Source: a virus (taxonomy: Duplodnaviria; Caudoviricetes). Taken from it: a stretch of 36,934 nucleotides of DNA. The DNA is taken from positions 1-36,934 of the IMG/VR virus record IMGVR_UViG_3300044657_000181; one strand, given 5' to 3'. A program made the position numbers and the translations under genes. The notes under the pieces are model-generated. The model worked only from the letters and a program-made list of their open reading frames with translations, did no database searches and was not told where the DNA came from. This document shows, piece after piece, positions 1-6,984 of this stretch (the first letter of the stretch is position 1; each line of letters begins with the position of its first letter).

Positions 1-140
1 ACCTCATATTTCCCACCTGTTTTTAATATTCCGTAATATTCTATGATATTCTACAATATTTTGTTAGTAACTTTTAGTAACTAGGGTTATTCACTCTTAC
101 TCACTGTAACTCACTCTTACTCACTGTAACTCACTATAAC
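1..140. repeat. 10-bp-phased short direct repeats, probably near the genome terminus
   Basis: ATATT ends the decamers at 1-10, 21-30, 31-40, 41-50 and 51-60; TTAGTAAC occurs twice 10 bp apart; five tandem decamers at 91-140 (TCACTCTTAC, TCACTGTAAC, TCACTCTTAC, TCACTGTAAC, TCACTATAAC). Lies downstream of the last late genes. Confidence 0.8.
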
Positions 141-154
141 ACTGGTTATTAACT

Positions 155-181
155 CTCCGCTACTATAGCTAAGTAGCGAAG
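155..181 (-). terminator. Stem-loop after the last gene, possible terminator or processing site
   Basis: Minus-strand RNA CUUCGCUACU-(7 nt)-AGUAGCGGAG forms a 10-bp stem with one G-U pair, ~40 nt after the stop of ORF 219-557. No good U-tract. Confidence 0.4.
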
Positions 182-218
182 AAGTATCAGCTTATAGCTA
201 GAAACACCCTTTGTACTA

Positions 219-557
219 CTACTCGAATGTAGAGTAATCGTAGTCTGGATAGATGATTGTAGCGTTTGCTGGTGCAGCGATTGGTGTACCTGGAGTTACT
301 GACTTATGGATTACGTGCTCTACGTAATGATTGTCTTTCTTCCATGGGTGACCATGTGCTTTAGAAACAAAGATTGCCATCTTATCTGGGTCTGAGGTTT
401 CTGCTGCGTCGTCATCTGCGTGACCTAATACACGTACTAGGTTAGCTTTTAATGCTTCTGAACGGTTACCTGTAGCTGCTCCAATCTGATTGACTGCGTT
501 TGCTGCTGTAGATACCTGTAGTAAAGTGACTTCTGTAATTCCTAATGAATTAGCCAT
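219..557 (-). CDS. Hypothetical protein, possibly a minor virion or decoration protein
   Basis: 112 aa ORF with GGAG RBS at the end of the upstream gene; Ala/Thr/Asn-rich; follows the terminase. Confidence 0.6.
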   Translation of the reverse strand: MANSLGITEVTLLQVSTAANAVNQIGAATGNRSEALKANLVRVLGHADDDAAETSDPDKMAIFVSKAHGHPWKKDNHYVEHVIHKSVTPGTPIAAPANATIIYPDYDYSTFE

Positions 558-560
558 AAA

Positions 561-932
561 TTATTCTCCATTTTCCTGATTTTCTGCCAATTTAGCCGCA
601 TTTTCGGCATCCTTAGCGGCTTTTTCTTCAATTGCAGCCGATAGGGCCACTTCCAATTTTTCGTTCGTTAGGCGTTCATCTAGTTCGATACCTAACTCGT
701 TTGCTTTAACTAGTAATTTAGTACGAGCTTCACTATATAGACGGTCTACTTCTGCCTTTTCAAACTCAGTACATTTAGAGTACATGAATTTTATAGTTTC
801 TTTTAGTAACGCCATTTTGTCCTTAGAAGTACGTGCGGCATTAAATACTGCTACTAAGTTAGGGCGTAACTGGTGTAACGCATTGTACTTATCCGTAGGT
901 AAATCTGTAATTTCTAGAAAGGTTTTAGCCAT
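561..932 (-). CDS. Hypothetical alpha-helical protein
   Basis: 123 aa; start overlaps the terL stop (TAATG); charged, coiled-coil-like C-terminus. Confidence 0.7.
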   Translation of the reverse strand: MAKTFLEITDLPTDKYNALHQLRPNLVAVFNAARTSKDKMALLKETIKFMYSKCTEFEKAEVDRLYSEARTKLLVKANELGIELDERLTNEKLEVALSAAIEEKAAKDAENAAKLAENQENGE

Positions 933-2989
933 TATCTAGGTTTCCTTGTTTGTTGTCTGAATTTATTGTTCTGTTTAGCTCTCTTGCTAAACCTGTCTTG
1001 AGATAATCCTAGTACACTGTGAGTGTTACCACCTATATCTCCACCCCATTCTTCGAAGAACTTTACGTTGTCATCTGTTTCTTTTTGTGACATTCGAACT
1101 TGTTCATCTACAGCTAGCATCTCTACCCATTTACGGACTGAGCCTGCTACAGCGTCTATAGAGTCATCATGGATTAGTGAACCTCGTTCTCTACTAATCT
1201 TCGCCAGCTGTTGAAAGAACTTATAGGATTCTCGTTGGTCTATAGGGTACTTAGACACACTATTGAAGTCATAGTCTATAATGTCTTCGTGTATTATTAA
1301 TCTATGTCTAGCCATTACTGGTTCTAGGCAATCGATTATTCTTAACTCTTTCTGACCACTCTCCCAAACGTCTTCCACAGGAGGACATCCAGATAAACCA
1401 GCATCCTTATAGGTTTTATGTAGTATAGGTCTCCATGCTGCTGCAAACGCACCGTAACCGAAGTTCTTCTCTACATCTATACTGTTAACTCTGTGCTTTA
1501 ACGCCAGCTTGGACATTGCTACGTAATTATCATTACTATAGCCACCCTTTAACTTAAGTATCTCAGCTAGGAATATGTAACCATGTAGGAAGTATGTAAC
1601 CGCTGCTACTGTTTCATCCCCGTTATCACCACCACCTGCTGTATCCACGTACATATGTTTACCTTCAAACTCGTATAGTTCTGGTGAAACGTGGAACGGT
1701 CTATAGAATGTGGGTTTGGATGTAAACTTTCCTTCACAGGGTATTAACTTCTCTGGGCTAGGTAGCCAAGTTATCTCACCTGGTGCCTTGTCAACTCCGA
1801 AGTTCATAACTACTAGGTTCTTAGACTTTAAAGGATGACGTAATTCATCTGACAACTCAGTGTTTAACATATGCTGTAAGTTGAAGTACGCACTACCTTG
1901 GTCTAGCTCTTTAGCTGTTAATGCCTCTTCACCAAGTAATACTGGGTCAGTAGGGACACCTCGTGTTCCATCTACTCCACCACCAATTTGGTTCTTAGGG
2001 TCATCCATCATTCCTACTATGTAGGGAGCTAATGTTTCACCGTAATGTTTGGCTTCTTCATTAGTAGGTACACGACCTGTCCATACACGTATTTGATACC
2101 CACGAGAAGGTAGATTGTTATATATACTATCTACCGTCTGAGGTGTACCTAAGTACATTATACGACCTTTCTGACATATAGACGTGAAATCCTTTGATAG
2201 ATGTTCAAGCGCTTGTCTTTGGGTCTCTGTTGTACCATTCTTTGATGACTCAATATCATCAGGTATTAATAAGTCAGCACGTCTACCCTGCATGTTTGCA
2301 GTAATACCTATACAGGCGATAGACGGCGACTTTTCAGCACCTTTTAACTGCCAGTGGATGTCGAAAGCTTTACTTGAAGCTCTGTCTCCATGTTGGCGGT
2401 CTGGACGAAGACATTCTAATATGTCCCAGTTCATAATAATTTGGATAACCCAATTGGCTATCTCTGCTGCAACTTCTGAACCAGCCGATATAATTAATAT
2501 ACGGTGTTTACAGTCATGTATTAGTTGCCATACGGCGAACATCGCTACGATTGTAGACTTTGCTTGAGATCTCTGTGCTTGTATCATACCGAACCTACAG
2601 TCAGATTGTAGGAATCTACCTATATCTATCTGTAGTTCTGTACAATTGAATCCCATAAGCTCTGTCATACAGTCATATAGGAAGTCCTCAAATTCTGCAT
2701 AGTGATCTCTTAGAGCTTCCACTTCAGCCCAACGTTGTACACATTCTTGCTCAACTTCCGTTAAGGAGTTCATGTACTCTTTGTCGTTGGCCATGAGTGT
2801 AAACTCTAAGTTCTCTTTGAAGTTATCTACTTCTTTCCGAGGACCTTCGAGTTCTTCCCACTCTGCATCTGTAAACTCCCCTTCGGGAGCTTCTAGATAG
2901 TCTTCTGTTCGTTTAGCGATGATAGCGTCTGCGAGTTCTTCGTCTAGTTGACTCCGTAACTCGTCATAAGTCATATCATCTATACGCAT
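932..2989 (-). CDS. terL: Terminase large subunit (T7 gp19-like)
   Basis: Adenine-binding Q (TELQIDI), Walker A variant QAQRSQAKST, Walker B LLIPDDIE, coupling motif LGTPQ, nuclease motifs YVDTAGGG, VEKNFG and HDDSIDAV; follows a terS-like gene. Confidence 0.95.
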   Translation of the reverse strand: MRIDDMTYDELRSQLDEELADAIIAKRTEDYLEAPEGEFTDAEWEELEGPRKEVDNFKENLEFTLMANDKEYMNSLTEVEQECVQRWAEVEALRDHYAEFEDFLYDCMTELMGFNCTELQIDIGRFLQSDCRFGMIQAQRSQAKSTIVAMFAVWQLIHDCKHRILIISAGSEVAAEIANWVIQIIMNWDILECLRPDRQHGDRASSKAFDIHWQLKGAEKSPSIACIGITANMQGRRADLLIPDDIESSKNGTTETQRQALEHLSKDFTSICQKGRIMYLGTPQTVDSIYNNLPSRGYQIRVWTGRVPTNEEAKHYGETLAPYIVGMMDDPKNQIGGGVDGTRGVPTDPVLLGEEALTAKELDQGSAYFNLQHMLNTELSDELRHPLKSKNLVVMNFGVDKAPGEITWLPSPEKLIPCEGKFTSKPTFYRPFHVSPELYEFEGKHMYVDTAGGGDNGDETVAAVTYFLHGYIFLAEILKLKGGYSNDNYVAMSKLALKHRVNSIDVEKNFGYGAFAAAWRPILHKTYKDAGLSGCPPVEDVWESGQKELRIIDCLEPVMARHRLIIHEDIIDYDFNSVSKYPIDQRESYKFFQQLAKISRERGSLIHDDSIDAVAGSVRKWVEMLAVDEQVRMSQKETDDNVKFFEEWGGDIGGNTHSVLGLSQDRFSKRAKQNNKFRQQTRKPR

Positions 2990-2990
2990 T

Positions 2991-3302
2991 CTATACTGCT
3001 CTTAGTGCTGCCTGACCTGCGTCAGTTAATCGTGAGCGCTTCTGCTTCTTAGCTAGCGATTCACGTAAGTTATTCATGTTTGTGTCTACTTCGACATCAC
3101 ATGTAATCTGGTTGTCTTTCAAGAATTTAATGGCTGCTGCTACCGTAGCTGGTGCTACAGTGTATCGCATGTTCCCTGTAGGAACTTCATTACCTTCTGC
3201 ATCGAATAATGTTTCTTCTTCTTGATGTGAAATCTGAGCAGTTAGAACTTGTGCTACAGCGCCATGTAGGTCGCCTAGCTTCTGTTCATTAGCCTTGCTC
3301 AT
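2991..3302 (-). CDS. terS: Terminase small subunit (T7 gp18-like)
   Basis: N-terminal LGDLHGAVAQVL and the signature PATVAAAIKFLKDNQIT; directly upstream of terL. Confidence 0.85.
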   Translation of the reverse strand: MSKANEQKLGDLHGAVAQVLTAQISHQEEETLFDAEGNEVPTGNMRYTVAPATVAAAIKFLKDNQITCDVEVDTNMNNLRESLAKKQKRSRLTDAGQAALRAV

Positions 3303-3468
3303 AAGTTTCTTTCACCTTTTTCAACCATGCATCGTCATGAGGTGTTTTGGTAGAGCTGACAATCATGTCACCTGCCCAAAAGAACGCCCATACGAAGAAC
3401 TTCTCAGACACTACTTTTACGAATATGCTTTTCAATGCTGCTTTTGCAGCTAACCATACTACGTTCAT
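3289..3468 (-). CDS. 59 aa membrane-active or amphipathic peptide (lysis candidate); not in the ORF track
   Basis: Manually translated: MNVVWLAAKAALKSIFVKVVSEKFFVWAFFWAGDMIVSSTKTPHDDAWLKKVKETYEQG. AGGAG RBS at 3474-3478; fills the gap between neighbours and overlaps the terS start. Confidence 0.75.
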   Translation of the reverse strand: MNVVWLAAKAALKSIFVKVVSEKFFVWAFFWAGDMIVSSTKTPHDDAWLKKVKETYEQG

Positions 3469-3476
3469 AATAGCTC

Positions 3477-3776
3477 CTATTTATTTATTACTTGTTGTAG
3501 ACATGCCATACGCTCTGTAGTTAAATGAGGTTCAAATTTAAGCATACATAGTACACCATCCATTTTATTATCTAACTCTCTTACTACTGGTATAACAGTC
3601 TCTACTCTACGTGTGGCGGAGGCATCATATACTTGCTGCTTCTTGATAGCTGCCTGTGTTTCACCAATCGCTACTAGTTTCAATCCTCCCCACGCTAATA
3701 CGCTTATCACTACACCCATTACTAAATGGTCTGGGTGGAATAATCCGTGCTCTCTTCGGTCTGACAATTCTGCCAT
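3477..3776 (-). CDS. Single-pass membrane protein (holin or inner-spanin candidate)
   Basis: One hydrophobic segment (LVMGVVISVLAWGGLKLVAI) then a helical region. Likely start is ATG at 3776 after RBS AGGTGG (track start 3785). Located between tail genes and terminase. Confidence 0.6.
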   Translation of the reverse strand: MAELSDRREHGLFHPDHLVMGVVISVLAWGGLKLVAIGETQAAIKKQQVYDASATRRVETVIPVVRELDNKMDGVLCMLKFEPHLTTERMACLQQVINK

Positions 3777-3799
3777 AATAACCACCTAAGCTATGGTAG

Positions 3800-3830
3800 G
3801 GAGTGTTACGCTACTAAGCATAACTACTCC
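3800..3830 (-). promoter_or_regulatory. RNA hairpin in the leader of the lysis/packaging module
   Basis: GGAGU-A-GUUAUGCU-(UAGU)-AGCGUAAC-ACUCC: 13 bp with one bulge and one G-U pair on the minus strand, between the 17-bp repeat and the RBS. Confidence 0.55.
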
Positions 3831-3835
3831 GTTTA

Positions 3836-3852
3836 TTCCTTCATGTGCCGTA
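3836..3852 (-). promoter_or_regulatory. Putative phage RNA polymerase promoter, copy 2 (TACGGCACATGAAGGAA)
   Basis: Exact 17-bp match to 23813-23829; intergenic, upstream of the lysis and terminase genes. Confidence 0.65.
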
Positions 3853-3858
3853 TGAACA

Positions 3859-4320
3859 TCAGCTCTTAGGGAAATCTTCTTTCACCTGTAGGCACTTCGC
3901 TACATAGTCGTCCATTTGTTCGGTACTACCGTTTTGTAAATGTACGTATGCGTCTGCGAAGTCAGTTACGTCTGGATAGTGGGCCGCGCGTAGTTCACCT
4001 ACGTTCAGGCTAAGTAGCTCTCCTAGTATAGGTTCAATAGGTTCCTCCATACTGGTTGTATACTCTACTTCACCATCTTCGTTCAATACTTCCTCAGGTA
4101 TGAAGTTATCAAATTCTTCTTTGTCTTCTAAGTACTTCTCGTACTTTTCAAACCAGTCCCATTTAATACCTTCATTTACCATATGTAGGAATTTACTTAT
4201 TACTGTGTTAGATTTACCAAGTTTAATTACCCTTGCTAAATCTTCTCTACTCTTCGTTTCAGGACGAGTGCGTTTGACTCGTCCCTCCTCTAGAGTCTCA
4301 TAAAAATACTCTATGTCCAT
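3859..4320 (-). CDS. Tail-fibre-associated protein (assembly or chaperone-like)
   Basis: 153 aa acidic ORF abutting the 884 aa gene; C-terminus LRAAHYPDVTDFADA...YVAKCLQVKEDFPK resembles small proteins encoded after phage fibres. Confidence 0.55.
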   Translation of the reverse strand: MDIEYFYETLEEGRVKRTRPETKSREDLARVIKLGKSNTVISKFLHMVNEGIKWDWFEKYEKYLEDKEEFDNFIPEEVLNEDGEVEYTTSMEEPIEPILGELLSLNVGELRAAHYPDVTDFADAYVHLQNGSTEQMDDYVAKCLQVKEDFPKS

Positions 4321-6975
4321 TTAATTACTCTCGTCTATAAAGTAAGGTAAGTTGAAAGAGGCTGTACCGTATAACACCGTATTACCGTTATCGTCCGTTA
4401 TAGTGGATTGATTGTTAGTTATTTGGAATTGGTTATCGTCACCCCAGCCGTTACCGTTCCATCGTTCAAAGTACACTGTACCAGATGATTTATAGTAAAG
4501 TTTACTATCAACCTCTATTAGTTCGGCACTTGACAGGTTAAATGAGTTAGTAGTGATACACCGCCAGCCACCTTTACGTGAACCATCGGTTACATGGTAG
4601 TTTGTACCAGCCGTCCATGTTGTATTTGATTCTAATACATTTTGAAAGTCGTCTACGCTATCATTACTTACATCATAAACCATTTCTTTATAGGCATAAC
4701 AAAGCTTGGCTTGGTCATCTTCGCTTGATAGGTAATCAATGGTTTTGACTGCGAACGAGGTAGTACCTAAATAAATAGCTATATGCTCAGGAGATCCACT
4801 AGCCCAATTACCTGTATCTAATGTGTTTATATTAGATAGCCCACACTTAGTCAATGCAACTCTTGTGGTATTATAAGCTCCTGTACCATAACTCACCTCA
4901 CCAACTAAACTAGATACCAGACCAACACCATAAAGCTTGTTATGGTGATTACCAGCCCATACAGAACCTAAACTCAACACTTGCGAGTTATCGTCATCTT
5001 GTGTGAAGTGTGCCTGTGTTTCGTAGTGGTATAACGTCACCTCATTAGCCCCTGTACTTCTGTTATCAGTGGTATTGGTTGTTGCTGTAATTGCCGCAGT
5101 GCCTGCCACCCAAGTAGAACCATCATTACCTGTTACTTCTAAACTAACCGAAGAGTCCAAACTTTTTCTATTTAATGGGTAATTCTTACTAGTACCATCG
5201 GGCAATAAAGGAATCCATTGCCCCTCTACACCATCAGGAAACGTAGCCGCGATATTGGCGGGACTGCCGATAATATCCGTCCATGTTGGATTGGCTTGTT
5301 TATGGCTACCATATCTCCTAGATATTAAGTAGTAGTTGTTCCCACTAACTCTTGAATACAGTCTTTGTGTGGTTACTACTGATGCACTAACAGTTAATAC
5401 AACTTCATCTGTGAATATTATTAACCCACTGGTTTCGTCATACAAATCAACAACATCACCTACGGAAATGGAATCGGTAAAATCCCCTTGAATAGCATTA
5501 GTACTAACACTAGTGCTGGTGGCCGCCCCGTTAACCACCTTAGTAAAAGGCACTCCATCAAACCCACGAACTTCACCCGCAATCGCTTTACGTTTGTAAG
5601 TCTCGCGCAATTCATCTAATGGTAATCGTCTACTCGACATGCGTAAATCAAGAACGTCTGAGGCGTAGATTGCATCGTAGGGTTTAGCATCGGGACGACC
5701 TGAAGCACCATTAGAAATCACCCCTGTTATCATGGCTGCGCCTGTACTAGAGGTGTCCGATGCTGCATTAACCTGATTGAAACATTCTACCGTTGTTGTT
5801 GGTTTGAATGTATTGCCATTGTACCAAGTGCCGCCATTAGAGCCGTTATTTATCTGGTTGCAATTTTTACTACCACTAGGGTTATAGGCTGGGTGATAAG
5901 CCCCTTGGTTTCGTCTTTGAACCAGTGCAATAGGAACGGCAAAACATCTAGCGTCCTGAGCTATCCCGTCGTCAAAGTTAGTACCTAGATTGGAGCCAGC
6001 TATATAGTGTCCTTTGCCACCAAAGCGCCCTTGTGCCTCACTTACTTTGCCTAGTGTGCTTGTACCCCAGTATAGAGTTGTGAAGTTATTGTTATCAATT
6101 AAACCACTAGGTACTGTTTTTTTACCTTGTGGCGACAACCGTTTTTGTGTGCTCCCATAATACACATACGGTTTACGTGTGCTAGTATCGCGCCAATCAT
6201 CCCCTAAACCCTCAACCACACGCACACGATAACGAACTTGTATTAACTTGCCATCATCTGCATAAATATTATTATCAGGGTTTTGAATAAACTTGGTTTT
6301 ATTAGCGTCTGATAGCGTAGACCAAACCACACCGTAACCTTTGGTTGTTGCGTCCCATTCACCAAACGCTGAGTACCCTTGTACAACGTTACTTGTCTGT
6401 AAACTAATACCCTCATACGATGCTCCGCCGTATTGAACGTTACCCAATGGATATACAACGTCTTTATCTGTGATAGCCTCATGGAACACTTCTAAAAACA
6501 CAAAGTCTTGTCGTGATGTTATTACTTTACGTGTTGATGTTTCGGCTGCGAAAGCCGTTGCCGCGTCTGCGTAGGTTGTTACTTCGCCTGTTGATGTGTC
6601 GTATGACTTCAAACCGTTGGGGGCTGGTGGGAATAATACTACACTAGCGAGTGACGAATCAGAGTTGTTGGTATTTGATAGTACGCTTTGTACACCGTTA
6701 GTTTGTACCAATGGCATACCAGTTCTTGAACTTCCTATAGTCCCTGGCGTACGGGTATTACGACCTAGCCAGAGAGTGTTTGCCGCAGTCTCTACAGAAA
6801 ACATCCCATCACTAACTTTGTTTATTGTAGCTACCCCAGTAGTGTAGTGTTTACCCCACTCACTAAACCCACTCCCTGCGTTCTCAGCTTTACGTTGTTC
6901 AGCTAGAGCAAAGAATTCTGCCTTCGACATAGCTTGTAAGGGTGCGTCTGCACCCTTATATTGTATTTTATCCAT
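4321..6975 (-). CDS. Large virion protein, putative second receptor-binding or tail-spike protein
   Basis: 884 aa, Gly/Ser/Thr/Asn-rich and beta-rich; AGGAG RBS; directly downstream of the tail fibre; no T7 gp17-type anchor at its N-terminus. Confidence 0.6.
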   Translation of the reverse strand: MDKIQYKGADAPLQAMSKAEFFALAEQRKAENAGSGFSEWGKHYTTGVATINKVSDGMFSVETAANTLWLGRNTRTPGTIGSSRTGMPLVQTNGVQSVLSNTNNSDSSLASVVLFPPAPNGLKSYDTSTGEVTTYADAATAFAAETSTRKVITSRQDFVFLEVFHEAITDKDVVYPLGNVQYGGASYEGISLQTSNVVQGYSAFGEWDATTKGYGVVWSTLSDANKTKFIQNPDNNIYADDGKLIQVRYRVRVVEGLGDDWRDTSTRKPYVYYGSTQKRLSPQGKKTVPSGLIDNNNFTTLYWGTSTLGKVSEAQGRFGGKGHYIAGSNLGTNFDDGIAQDARCFAVPIALVQRRNQGAYHPAYNPSGSKNCNQINNGSNGGTWYNGNTFKPTTTVECFNQVNAASDTSSTGAAMITGVISNGASGRPDAKPYDAIYASDVLDLRMSSRRLPLDELRETYKRKAIAGEVRGFDGVPFTKVVNGAATSTSVSTNAIQGDFTDSISVGDVVDLYDETSGLIIFTDEVVLTVSASVVTTQRLYSRVSGNNYYLISRRYGSHKQANPTWTDIIGSPANIAATFPDGVEGQWIPLLPDGTSKNYPLNRKSLDSSVSLEVTGNDGSTWVAGTAAITATTNTTDNRSTGANEVTLYHYETQAHFTQDDDNSQVLSLGSVWAGNHHNKLYGVGLVSSLVGEVSYGTGAYNTTRVALTKCGLSNINTLDTGNWASGSPEHIAIYLGTTSFAVKTIDYLSSEDDQAKLCYAYKEMVYDVSNDSVDDFQNVLESNTTWTAGTNYHVTDGSRKGGWRCITTNSFNLSSAELIEVDSKLYYKSSGTVYFERWNGNGWGDDNQFQITNNQSTITDDNGNTVLYGTASFNLPYFIDESN

Positions 6976-6984
6976 TGTTTACTC

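Noticed and set aside
125-140. ACTCACTATA resembling the T7 promoter core
   Set aside because: It is one variant unit of the decamer array, points away from the gene direction, and lacks the T7 upstream and GGG start sequences.
91-140. Possible CRISPR-like array
   Set aside because: The repeats are 10 bp, tandem and have no spacers.
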